64,000 nucleotides of DNA from Candidatus Binatia bacterium (GTDB lineage Bacteria > Desulfobacterota > Binatia > UBA12015): assembly GCA_965658895.1 (NCBI GenBank), contig CBFHUR010000003.1, forward strand, positions 39,981 to 103,980, given 5' to 3'. Shown piece after piece: positions 1 to 8,831 of this stretch (positions within the stretch are counted from its first letter, which is position 1; each line of letters starts with the position of its first letter). The translations under genes and the position numbers were made by a program. The notes under the pieces are model-generated. The model ran no database searches. It was not told the DNA's origin and saw only the letters and a list, made by a program, of their open reading frames with translations.

Positions 1-1
1 C

Positions 2-526
2 GACGCTCTCGGCCGCCTGCGCCTGCCGCCTGCGGTTCTTGTCGGCCATGGTGCGGGTGGGCATATCGTCTTGCGGGCGGCCGCCGTGGATCCGGCAACG
101 GCGCGAGCCGTGGTGACATTGGGAACCGGGTGGGAGAGCGAATGGCCGGCAGTCGAGGCCACGAAATTGGAGGGCGTGGTGGCCGGTCGGACCGGTCAGT
201 TCTTTGATACCCCGTTTTTTTCTCCCGAAACCTCGCCCGAAACCATGCGGGCTTTCTGGAGCGCTCTCGTGCAGACGGATCCTCGAGTTCGGCTGGAAGA
301 TATTCGCGACTATCAATCCTCTCGACTCGAAGGCCGCCTGCCGCCGCGAGATCTGGCTATTCGCGTTTTGCGAGGGGCATCGGATTCGCTCTGCTCGGCA
401 GAAGGTGCCGAGAAGTTGGCGACAGCGACGGGCGGCGTGGTGACCGAGGTTCCGGGCGCCGGTCATGTGCCTCAACTGGAGAACCCGCAGGCCGTTCAAC
501 AGGCCATTCTCGAGGTATGCGGATGA
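2..526 (+). CDS. Alpha/beta-fold hydrolase, C-terminal part (5' truncated by window edge)
   Basis: Frame open from nt 2: ...PAVLVGHGAGG...; C-terminal VLRGASD and PGAGHVPQLENP are typical of the hydrolase Asp/His region; stop overlaps the next ATG (ATGA 523-526). Confidence 0.75.
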   Translation, partial: DALGRLRLPPAVLVGHGAGGHIVLRAAAVDPATARAVVTLGTGWESEWPAVEATKLEGVVAGRTGQFFDTPFFSPETSPETMRAFWSALVQTDPRVRLEDIRDYQSSRLEGRLPPRDLAIRVLRGASDSLCSAEGAEKLATATGGVVTEVPGAGHVPQLENPQAVQQAILEVCG

Positions 527-1674
527 GTGCACTCCATGAAATTGCTGTCGTCGGCGCCTATGAGCATCCGACAAGGTTTGCGCCCAACCGGACGGCTTAT
601 CAAATCGCTGCCGAATCGGCGCGGGGGGCTCTTGAGGATGCCGGGCTGACCCTCGCCGACGTGGATGGTTATGCCACCAGCGGGGTCGGGCCCATGGGTG
701 TTCTGTCGATGTGTCACCATCTCAACCTGCAGCCGGATTGGGTTGATTCGACCAGTATCGGGGGATCCTCGTTTGTTGCTCAGGTCGCGAATGCGGGCGC
801 TGCCATTCAGGCAGGCCTGTGTTCCACGGTCCTGATCACTTACGGGAGCACGGCCGCTTCCGATCGCTTTGCCGTGGGAACCGGTGGGGGCATGAGCGGG
901 GATCCAACGGATGCCTTTGTCCTGCCCTATGGTCCCACAATCGTCGGGGCTTACGGGATGGTGGCTCAGCGCCATATGCATGAGTTCGGAACGACTGCCG
1001 AACAGCTTGCGGAAGTGGCCGTAACCATGCGGCACCACGCTTCCTTGAACCCCCGGGCGAAGTACCGCAATCGCATCACGGTCGAGGATGTACTTGCCTC
1101 GAGGCTGGTCTCCTCGCCGCTGCATCTGCTGGATTGTTGTTTGATCTCTGACGGCGGTGGCGCTCTGGTGGTGACCTCGGCCGAGCGCGCGCGGGACCTC
1201 CGCCAGAAGCCGGTCGCTGTTCTTGGCTCAGGCCAGGCGGTCCGACATTCGGGCGTCGGCCGACGCGATATCCTGGATATTGCAGCACGACAATCGGGCG
1301 CGCGCGCCTTTGCGCAGGCCGAGCTTTCGCCAGCCGATATCGATTTCTGCATGATTTATGATTCCTTCACCATCACGGTCCTGGCGACGCTGGAGAATCT
1401 GGGTTTTTGCGCGATGGGAGAAGGCGGGCCGTTTGTCGAGGGCGGAGGTATCGGCTTGGGAGGGCGGCTCCCGCTGAATCCCGATGGCGGAGGCTTGTCG
1501 TCGAACCATCCGGGCATGCGAGGCATTTTTCTGGTCATCGAAGCCGTTCGCCAGTTGCGCCACGAGGCCGGTGATCGGCAGGTCGCCGGCGCTCGTACCG
1601 CTCTTTGCCATGGGACCGGGGGCTGGCTGGGGGTGATGCATTCCGGGGCGACATTGATTCTGAGGGAGGGATAG
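523..1674 (+). CDS. SCP2-type thiolase / lipid-transfer (Ltp-like) thiolase-family protein
   Basis: Motifs HHASLNPRA, LHLLDCCLISDGGGA, IYDSFT, NPDGGGLSSNHPG; followed by a DUF35 partner. Confidence 0.9.
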   Translation: MSALHEIAVVGAYEHPTRFAPNRTAYQIAAESARGALEDAGLTLADVDGYATSGVGPMGVLSMCHHLNLQPDWVDSTSIGGSSFVAQVANAGAAIQAGLCSTVLITYGSTAASDRFAVGTGGGMSGDPTDAFVLPYGPTIVGAYGMVAQRHMHEFGTTAEQLAEVAVTMRHHASLNPRAKYRNRITVEDVLASRLVSSPLHLLDCCLISDGGGALVVTSAERARDLRQKPVAVLGSGQAVRHSGVGRRDILDIAARQSGARAFAQAELSPADIDFCMIYDSFTITVLATLENLGFCAMGEGGPFVEGGGIGLGGRLPLNPDGGGLSSNHPGMRGIFLVIEAVRQLRHEAGDRQVAGARTALCHGTGGWLGVMHSGATLILREG

Positions 1675-1678
1675 GCCG

Positions 1679-2080
1679 ATGGCGGATCGTCCACTACCGC
1701 GCATTGACGAAGAATCCCGGGGGTATTGGGAGGCGGCACGTCGACACGAGTTGCTGCTGCAGCGTTGTCGGGCATGCGGGGCCTTCTGCCATCATCCCCG
1801 TGCGGTCTGTCCGGAGTGCCTTTCCTCGGACATCGATTGGGTGGTTTCTCCGGGGCGTGGTGAAATCTATACGTTTACCGTGACCTATCAAAACCAGTCC
1901 CCCGGATTTGCGGGTCGCGTGCCCTATGTCCTGGCCTACGTTCTTTTGGAGGAGGGCATCCAGATTTTGACGAATATCGTCGACGTGCCCCCCGAAGAGG
2001 TCCGGATCGGTCAAGCAGTCGAAGTTTGTTTTGAGGATCTCACCGAAGAGATCTCCATTCCGACATTTCGTGTTCTTTAG
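1679..2080 (+). CDS. DUF35 Zn-ribbon/OB-fold protein (thiolase partner)
   Basis: CRAC...CPEC zinc ribbon, G-x-IYTFT, VPYVLAYV, IGQAVEV; AGGGA RBS-like element. Confidence 0.92.
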   Translation: MADRPLPRIDEESRGYWEAARRHELLLQRCRACGAFCHHPRAVCPECLSSDIDWVVSPGRGEIYTFTVTYQNQSPGFAGRVPYVLAYVLLEEGIQILTNIVDVPPEEVRIGQAVEVCFEDLTEEISIPTFRVL

Positions 2081-2117
2081 TGCAGGATCCTTCCGGTCTC
2101 GTTACGTTGGAACAAGC

Positions 2118-2759
2118 ATGATTCTAGACCTTCACGTCCATTCGGAACTTTCCGATGATAGCCGCGCCGGCGTGGAAACCTATCTCAAGGTTTTGCAGCG
2201 GAAACGGGAAGAGCGCCCCCTGGATGGAGTGGTTTTGACCGAGCACCGGCAATGGAATGAGGGCCTCGATTACCGACATCTTGAAGACCATTATGAAATG
2301 AGGATTCTGCGCGGTGCGGAAGTCGAGACGGATTACGGTCATGTTCTGCTCTACGGGGTGACCGCGGAGATGACGGCCCGCTTTGATTTCGCGGATGTTC
2401 GGCTGCCCGCGCAGACCCTGGTGAAGGAAGTCGAGCAGATGGGCGGCGTGGCCGTTCCATGCCACCCGGGCCGCAGTCATATCGGTTTATGTGCGCATTA
2501 TGAACAAAAGCCTCCGCTGGAAGGGATTCGGGCGGTTGAGGCAATCAATGGTGGCAGCCGCGGCGACGAAGACGCCCAGACCGCCGTGTTGATCGAAGAA
2601 CAAGGGTACGCCAGTTTTGGTGGAAGCGACGCGCATCTGGTGGCCTTCATCGGTCTTTGTGCCACGAGATTCGAGGACGAGATTGAAACCGAACAGGATC
2701 TGGTTGCGGCCCTTCGCGCCGGCCGCTGTGCGGCGGTCGATTTTCGCCGAGGGGGATGA
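2118..2759 (+). CDS. PHP-domain metal-dependent phosphoesterase
   Basis: DLHVHS, LTEH, GHVLL, CHPGR and GSDAH motifs. Confidence 0.88.
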   Translation: MILDLHVHSELSDDSRAGVETYLKVLQRKREERPLDGVVLTEHRQWNEGLDYRHLEDHYEMRILRGAEVETDYGHVLLYGVTAEMTARFDFADVRLPAQTLVKEVEQMGGVAVPCHPGRSHIGLCAHYEQKPPLEGIRAVEAINGGSRGDEDAQTAVLIEEQGYASFGGSDAHLVAFIGLCATRFEDEIETEQDLVAALRAGRCAAVDFRRGG

Positions 2760-3433
2760 TGATGGCGCGAGATACGGATAGCGAATCAGGCAGTGGTGCC
2801 CCAAGCCCGCGGCGCGGCAAGGATGCCTCCAAGCCCTATGGAATCTTCTTGCGTTCGCTCGGTTGGATTCTGTTGAAGCTGGGCGGCTGGGAAGTCACCG
2901 GGGAGCGCCCCAAGGCCCGGCGCCTGGTGGTGGTGGCAGCTCCCCATACCTCGAACTGGGATTTCGTCTGGGTGTTGGCTTTCGCCACGCATTATCAGCT
3001 GCGAATTTCGTGGCTCGGTAAACACACACTCTTCAAGGCTCCCTTTGGCGGTTTTATGAGGTGGTTGGGCGGGATCCCTGTCTACCGCCACGCCAAAACC
3101 AATCTGGTCGACGAGCTGGTGACCACTTATGGCGAGTATGACGCCCTGGCCCTCACGATTCCGCCTGAGGGAACTCGTGGCCAGGCAGAGTATTGGAAGT
3201 CGGGTTTTTACCATATCGCCCGGCGGGCTGACGTGCCGATCCTGCTCTCCTACCTTTGCTATGAGCAGAAAATCGGCGGGTTTGGCCCCGAGGTCTGGAC
3301 CTCGGACGATGTGCGCGCGGATATGGACAAGATCCGTGAATTCTATGTCGGAAAGGTTGGTAAACGCGCCGAGCAGAATTCGAGGATTCGCCTGCGCGAA
3401 GAAGACGAGTCGGATTCAACCCCGGTCCAGTAG
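2756..3433 (+). CDS. Lysophospholipid acyltransferase (PlsC family)
   Basis: PHTSNWD (HX4D) and PPEGTR motifs, KSGFYHIA. Confidence 0.9.
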   Translation: MMMARDTDSESGSGAPSPRRGKDASKPYGIFLRSLGWILLKLGGWEVTGERPKARRLVVVAAPHTSNWDFVWVLAFATHYQLRISWLGKHTLFKAPFGGFMRWLGGIPVYRHAKTNLVDELVTTYGEYDALALTIPPEGTRGQAEYWKSGFYHIARRADVPILLSYLCYEQKIGGFGPEVWTSDDVRADMDKIREFYVGKVGKRAEQNSRIRLREEDESDSTPVQ

Positions 3434-3621
3434 GGAGGGATTGAAGATCTCCGGTGGTCCCGGGTCAAGGGATTTCTGATGCGCGGGACATCCCGCCAGA
3501 AGCAGCGTGAGGATCGCGGCCGGCCCCGCAGCCTGCCACAAACGGGAGCGTGCGGAATCTTCTTTGCGAGGGATTTGCGTTTTGAACATGGCTTGAGAAC
3601 ATACACCGGAGGCGGTGTGGG

Positions 3622-3648
3622 CGGAAGCGGCCGGAAGCGGCCGGAAGC
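3622..3648 (+). repeat. Short tandem repeat (CGGAAGCGGC x ~2.7) upstream of lpxL
   Basis: cggaagcggc cggaagcggc cggaagc seen directly. Confidence 0.6.
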
Positions 3649-3676
3649 CGCAGGCTCGGGCAGCGGCGGTTGACGG

Positions 3677-4609
3677 ATGTCAGTAGCGACGCAGGGAGGA
3701 ATTGTGGGGAGTCTTCGCGGAAGGAATCGGAGCGACCGTCTCGAGGCAGCTGCCTTGCAGCTTCTTCTCGGGAGCTTGGGCAGCCTCCCGGAGTCTGTCG
3801 CGGTTGGTCTGGCCTCCGGCTTCACCCGCACCGCGCTCCCGCTCGCAGGGCGGTTGCGTGATCTGGGGCTGGCCAATCTGGAAATCGCCTTTCCGGAGAA
3901 AGATGATGCCTGGCGCCGGACGATTCTGGCAGAAACTTTTGATAATCTTGGCCGTCTGGCGGGGGAATTCGCCCATTTTTCCGATTTGAATGCCGGGAAT
4001 ATCCGCAATCGAGTGGGGTTCGCCTCACCGGAAGATGAACGGCGCTGGCAAGAAGGTGTCGTGAAGGGCCCGTGTGTGGTTGCCACAGGGCATTTCGGCA
4101 ATTGGGAGATGTTTGCTCAGGCGCAGGGATTTCTCGGTCACCCGATCTCGCTGGTCTATCGAAAGATGAAAAATCCTCTGGTGGATGCACAGATCGGTGC
4201 GATCCGCGCTCGCGCGGGGACCCGCATGTTGGCCAAGAGGTCGGCTGCGCGCGAATTACTGCAACGACTCCGCCAAGGCGAACTGGTTGCTTTGCCCATT
4301 GATCAACACGAGCCCGAAGGCCATGGGTTTCCGGTCCCATTTTTCGGCCGGCCGGCATCGACCACGTTGGGGCCCGCGAGGCTCGCGCAGTTGGTGCAGG
4401 CCCCACTGCAGGTTGCGGTGATGGCACGTGTGGGCCGCTCCAATCAACATGAGATCATCGTGCAGGAGCCGATCATGCCTCCGCCCCGGCGAGAAAAAGA
4501 TCCGGCGCTGCTGATTTCGATGATGGGCAGAGTCAACGCTTCATTTGAAGAGTGTATTCGGCGCTATCCCAGCCAATGGTTATGGATTCATCGCCGTTGG
4601 CGTGACTGA
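3677..4609 (+). CDS. lpxL: Lipid A biosynthesis acyltransferase (LpxL/HtrB family)
   Basis: NLEIAFPE, TGHFGNWE, LPIDQ, VPFFG, YPSQWLWIHRRW motifs. Confidence 0.85.
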   Translation: MSVATQGGIVGSLRGRNRSDRLEAAALQLLLGSLGSLPESVAVGLASGFTRTALPLAGRLRDLGLANLEIAFPEKDDAWRRTILAETFDNLGRLAGEFAHFSDLNAGNIRNRVGFASPEDERRWQEGVVKGPCVVATGHFGNWEMFAQAQGFLGHPISLVYRKMKNPLVDAQIGAIRARAGTRMLAKRSAARELLQRLRQGELVALPIDQHEPEGHGFPVPFFGRPASTTLGPARLAQLVQAPLQVAVMARVGRSNQHEIIVQEPIMPPPRREKDPALLISMMGRVNASFEECIRRYPSQWLWIHRRWRD

Positions 4610-4649
4610 GGGCTTTGTCGCCCGGGAAATCTCCTGATAGGAAGTGCTC

Positions 4650-5072
4650 ATGGCGACAGCGACGAAAAGCAAGGCAAGCGGAAGTGCCCGCAAGCCACCA
4701 CGCAGCTCTTCGTCCAACGAACTGGACCAGCTTCGCAAGCAAGTCGAGAACGCCGAGGCAAAAAAAACGCGTGCGATTAACCGTGCGACCAAAGCCTTGC
4801 GCGTCGAGAATGAAGAGCTGGAAGCTCATCTCACGCATGCGGTCAAGGAGATCGGTCATCTCCGCTTTGTTCTCGAGAAGGTCGTCAGTCTCGAGGGCGA
4901 CGTCCGGGCCCGCGATCTGAAAATCCAGAATCTCAAGGAAGAAGTTGCCCGTCTCGAGACCGCCGTGGCCAGTGGGCGCCCGACAGCTCTTGCGGCAGCC
5001 GCAGCTGCGGGGTCCACGGGCTCAAGAGGTCTCGATGCGCTTCTGGGCCGCAAGCGGACGCCGGAATCCTGA
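4650..5072 (+). CDS. Hypothetical basic coiled-coil protein
   Basis: Fills the gap on the + strand after AGGAAG; heptad-rich central region; Ala/Gly linker; C-terminal RGLDALLGRKR. Confidence 0.75.
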   Translation: MATATKSKASGSARKPPRSSSSNELDQLRKQVENAEAKKTRAINRATKALRVENEELEAHLTHAVKEIGHLRFVLEKVVSLEGDVRARDLKIQNLKEEVARLETAVASGRPTALAAAAAAGSTGSRGLDALLGRKRTPES

Positions 5073-5174
5073 GCGATTTCCCTTCCGGAATTCCACCCGA
5101 CGCCAGCTCGACAAGCGAGCAGCCCGATCTGCCATAAGGGTGTGACATCGGGAGGAGAAAATTGATCCGGGAGC

Positions 5175-5190
5175 TGATAGGTTTCCGATA
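5175..5190 (+). promoter_or_regulatory. Extended -10 promoter (TGaTAGGTT), probable leaderless start
   Basis: TG-n-TAGGTT ends 6 nt before ATG 5190; no clear SD in the spacer. Confidence 0.45.
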
Positions 5191-6437
5191 TGGTGATGGA
5201 TTCCAATCCAGTTCTGGCTCCCTCGTTTCTCGGTACCGCGGCGCCCGGGGTGCATGTGCTTGGGGGGATGGGCAACGCGCTGTCTGTAGAAATGGAGCAG
5301 GGCGTCCTTCAGCTCGACACGGGGAACTCGGCAGAAAAAGCCGAAGAGATGTTGAGCCGGTTGCGCGAACTCACTGACGCGCCGATTTTTGCGATCGTCT
5401 ATTCGCACGGCCATCTGGGCTACAATGATGCGGTCGAGACGTGGCTTGCCCATTGCGCCGAGCGCGGTGACCCTCGCCCGCGGGTGATCGCACACGAGAA
5501 GCTCGTGACTCGCTGGGAGCGCTACCGGGAAACCGAGGGTTTGCAGAAATTCTTTGCCGAGATCCAGTTGCGGCTGCCCGTGGGGATTTTGAAAGAGCAC
5601 CCTTTGGCTCTCGAAATGCCGGATGAAACATTCCGGGAGTCTCTGGTTCTCGAGGATGCCAAGCGTCGCGTCGAACTTTTGTGGGCGCCTTCCGAGACCG
5701 ACGATGCTCTGGCTTTGTGGCTTCCGCGCGAGAAGGTCCTTTATGGAGGGGCTGCCGTAACGCCGAATATCCCCAACATCGGGACGCCGCTACGAACGCA
5801 ACGATATGCGATTCGATGGGCGGAGACTCTGGATCGATTGGCCGCCCTCGAACCCGATCTTCTGGTGATGGAGTTCGGACCGTCGGTCGAGGGTGCCGAA
5901 AAAATTCAGAAGGTTCTGCAGTCCATGGCAGCGGCGTTGCGCTGGGTCCGCGAGCGGGTTGTCGAAGGCCTCAACCAGGGAATGGGGATCGAAGAAATTC
6001 TGGAAGGGCTGGAGTATCCCGAAGAACTCTTCGGACTTCCCTGGATGACGCCCACCTATGGGCATCCGGATTTCATCGCCCGGGATATTTTCCGATCCGA
6101 GACCGGATGGTGGGATCGCAATCCGACAAACCTGCATCCGGCCACCCCGGATGCGGCAGGGGCTGCGATTCTATCGGCGCTGACCGACCGCGGAGCGATT
6201 CTTGCCCGGGCCAACGAGTTGCTCTCTGCAGGAGAGCCGCAACTCGCGCTGCATGTCGTTGACCTGCTTGCGCTGGCGCCCGGGGAGGAACCCGAGGTTG
6301 TGGAAGCACGTCTTCTCAAGGCTCGCATCTGCCGCACTCTGGCCGAACAGGCCCCGAGCTTTGTTTCGCAGAGCCTGTATATATCCAGTGGGCGGATTCT
6401 GAAACGTGGTGCGCCACATCCGACGGGAATTCGTTAA
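5190..6437 (+). CDS. MBL-fold alkyl-sulfatase-family protein with dimerization domain
   Basis: LDTG, YSHGHLGY (degenerate HxHxDH), APSETDD, PNIGTPLRTQR, GWWDRNPTNLHP. Confidence 0.8.
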   Translation: MVMDSNPVLAPSFLGTAAPGVHVLGGMGNALSVEMEQGVLQLDTGNSAEKAEEMLSRLRELTDAPIFAIVYSHGHLGYNDAVETWLAHCAERGDPRPRVIAHEKLVTRWERYRETEGLQKFFAEIQLRLPVGILKEHPLALEMPDETFRESLVLEDAKRRVELLWAPSETDDALALWLPREKVLYGGAAVTPNIPNIGTPLRTQRYAIRWAETLDRLAALEPDLLVMEFGPSVEGAEKIQKVLQSMAAALRWVRERVVEGLNQGMGIEEILEGLEYPEELFGLPWMTPTYGHPDFIARDIFRSETGWWDRNPTNLHPATPDAAGAAILSALTDRGAILARANELLSAGEPQLALHVVDLLALAPGEEPEVVEARLLKARICRTLAEQAPSFVSQSLYISSGRILKRGAPHPTGIR

Positions 6438-6506
6438 ACGACGTCAGCACCAGATGGGAAGTTGTCTCCGGGCGAGGCCTACCAAAATGCAGATAGGGAA
6501 AATTCC

Positions 6507-7166
6507 GTGACTCCAGGCAAGCAACTCGAAACAGCGAAAGTCTCGACCAAGGAGAAGATCCTGGCAGCAGCCCAGCAGGTCTTCTCCGAGCAGGGCTTCC
6601 GGGGTGCCTCGACGCGGGAGATCGCCGCGCGAGCTTCGGTCAATATCTCCAGCCTGCATTATCATTGGGAGTCCAAGGAAGTTCTGTTCACGGCGATTCT
6701 GACGCAATTGCAGGATCAACTGGTGGCTCGGCTGACCGATGTTGTCGGGAACCGCACCCCGAAGACGGCGAACGAAGCTCGACAGATCGTCGAGGTGGCC
6801 ATGGGAGCCGCCTTCGATTTTTTCGCCGAAGACCTCACCGTACCACGTCTGCTTTTGCGCCGGATGATTGATGGTACCGAACATTTGAGCGCCGAAGAGC
6901 AGGAAGCTCTCGATAGGTCGTGGTCGACTTTTCGCGACTGGGCGAAGATCTTTACCGGAGGCAAGGTCGAACCCGAGGCCGCCACTTTTTATATGGTGAC
7001 CATCCAGTCGGTTGTTTTGGTTCTGATGCTCGACAGCCCCATGGTCTCCCCTGCGGTGGGTGGCGGAGTCGAGAACCCCGCGATTCGGAAGCAATTGCGC
7101 CAGCGAGTGATTGCACTGGTGGAAAAACTTTTCGACGTGGACGAGACTTCGGGGAGAGCATTGTGA
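6507..7166 (+). CDS. TetR/AcrR-family transcriptional regulator
   Basis: ILAAAQQVFSEQGFRGASTREIAARASVNISSLHYHWESKE helix-turn-helix; start chosen at GTG after AGGGA. Confidence 0.9.
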   Translation: MTPGKQLETAKVSTKEKILAAAQQVFSEQGFRGASTREIAARASVNISSLHYHWESKEVLFTAILTQLQDQLVARLTDVVGNRTPKTANEARQIVEVAMGAAFDFFAEDLTVPRLLLRRMIDGTEHLSAEEQEALDRSWSTFRDWAKIFTGGKVEPEAATFYMVTIQSVVLVLMLDSPMVSPAVGGGVENPAIRKQLRQRVIALVEKLFDVDETSGRAL

Positions 7167-8170
7167 AAGCATTTATCACCGCACCCTTTGACCCCGACCA
7201 GTTGAAGCGTCTGCAAAAGATCATGCCGGTCCACCATGAGGATTGGCGCGAGACCAAGAATATCTTTTTTGACGCCGCTACCTTTGCCCAAAGGCTTCGT
7301 GAGGAAAGTTGCGACGTGGTGATCGCCGAAGCGGACGAGATTCGCAAGGACCTCTTTGATCTTGTCGAGCTTCGAATGATTGGAGCCTGCCGGGGAACGC
7401 CGGTGAATGTCGATCTGGACGAGGCGGCCTCACGCGGGATCCCGGTCTTTCATACTCCGGCGCGCAATGCGGAAGCCGTCGCGGACATGACGCTTTGCTT
7501 TATGTTGATGGTCCTGCGCCACATATATCCGGCCATTGAATGGGTGAAGTCCGAGCGCCCGGCCGTCCCAGACGCCAACGAGTTCATTACGATGTATGAC
7601 GCGATGACGGGTATCGAATTGCACGGCCGAACCGTGGGCCTGATCGGTTTTGGCGCGATTGGCCAGAGGGTGGCCCGCCGCGTGGCGGCGTTTGGTGCCC
7701 GGGTAGTGGCCCACGATCCGCATACGCCCGAAGAAGTTTTTCAGGATCTCGATGTGGTCCGGCATAGCCTCGAAGGCGTTTTGGCCGAGGCGGACGTTCT
7801 CTCGCTCCATGTTGCGGACGTGCCCGCGACCAAAGATCTTGTCGGACCGCGCGAGATCGCGATGATGAAGCAGGGCGCCTATTTCATCAATACTGCGCGT
7901 GCAGCCGCGGTGAACGCCGATGCGCTTTATGAGGCTCTGTCGTCTGGCCATCTCGCCGCAGCGGCGCTCGATGTACTTTGGGACGAGCCCGCCCGTGCCG
8001 ACGATCGATTTGTGCAGTTGCCCAACGTGATCGCGACGCCCCATATCGGCGGCGCCAGTCGGGATGTGATCAAACACCAATCCGCCATGATCGTGGACGG
8101 CATCGAGGCATGGCTGCGCGGGGATCGCCCCGCGCATCTGGCCAACCCCGAGGTGCTCGCACATCGTTGA
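7163..8170 (+). CDS. D-isomer-specific 2-hydroxyacid dehydrogenase (SerA-like, no ACT domain)
   Basis: GLIGFGAIG, INTAR, LDVLWDEP, TPHIGG; GTGA overlap with the TetR stop. Confidence 0.88.
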   Translation: MKAFITAPFDPDQLKRLQKIMPVHHEDWRETKNIFFDAATFAQRLREESCDVVIAEADEIRKDLFDLVELRMIGACRGTPVNVDLDEAASRGIPVFHTPARNAEAVADMTLCFMLMVLRHIYPAIEWVKSERPAVPDANEFITMYDAMTGIELHGRTVGLIGFGAIGQRVARRVAAFGARVVAHDPHTPEEVFQDLDVVRHSLEGVLAEADVLSLHVADVPATKDLVGPREIAMMKQGAYFINTARAAAVNADALYEALSSGHLAAAALDVLWDEPARADDRFVQLPNVIATPHIGGASRDVIKHQSAMIVDGIEAWLRGDRPAHLANPEVLAHR

Positions 8171-8196
8171 TCGGCGCGCTCGGCCAGAGTGTGGGT

Positions 8197-8661
8197 TCAG
8201 CGCGGGACTGGGTTCGGCGGCGTTTTCATCGGACCGGCAGGCTTCCAGCCGCTCTCCTTCATGATCTCGAACACATGCACCATGTTGAGATGATCGTATT
8301 CGGAAGAGAACTTTCCGTTGCCCGCGTACTCCAGAACCGAGAGACCCGGGATCTCGTAGAAGCTTCCGTCGTCGCGCTGGCCGGGAAGTCGATTCATCCA
8401 GGCTGATACCAGACGGTTCCCGTCGACCATCGACCATTGGTGGGGGAAGGTCCATCCCTCGAGGCCTTGCATGGAATCTTCAAAAAACGTTTCGATGGCC
8501 GCGATACCGCGGACCCGACCCCAGGCCGGATCGACGAATGTGGCGTCCTCGGTGAAGAATTCAGAGAGCGCAGACCACGGCAATTCGCCAGCCTCCACGC
8601 GATCGCGAGTTGCCACCAGTTTTTTATACGTATCCAGAATCTCTTGATCGTGTGTGCTCAT
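8197..8661 (-). CDS. NTF2/SnoaL-like family protein
   Basis: LSEFFTEDATFVDPAWGRVRG, YAGNGKFSSEYD; GGAG RBS upstream of MSTHD. Confidence 0.82.
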   Translation of the reverse strand: MSTHDQEILDTYKKLVATRDRVEAGELPWSALSEFFTEDATFVDPAWGRVRGIAAIETFFEDSMQGLEGWTFPHQWSMVDGNRLVSAWMNRLPGQRDDGSFYEIPGLSVLEYAGNGKFSSEYDHLNMVHVFEIMKESGWKPAGPMKTPPNPVPR

Positions 8662-8793
8662 GCCTTGATCCTCCGGTTCCAACTCAGGACAAAATGCATC
8701 GAAGTGCAAGTCGTTCGAACCAATTGCCTCGATTCCGATGAGCTGGCCGCGCTTCTACGGCCGACGGGCCTGATGTCGGGTTTGTGCAGCGAC

Positions 8794-8831
8794 TTGCCGC
8801 CGGCGTGTGAGCACCCTTAGAGTGTTGTCGA
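8794..8831 (+). promoter_or_regulatory. Sigma70-type promoter, probable leaderless transcript for the HNH-Nudix gene
   Basis: TTGCCG(8794-8799)-18 nt-TAGAGT(8818-8823)-7 nt-ATG. Confidence 0.5.

Noticed and set aside
3434-3676. Intergenic region with small hairpins and a 10-bp tandem repeat as an ncRNA or riboswitch
   Set aside because: I see no recognisable RNA family motif; an Rfam/Infernal search would be needed.
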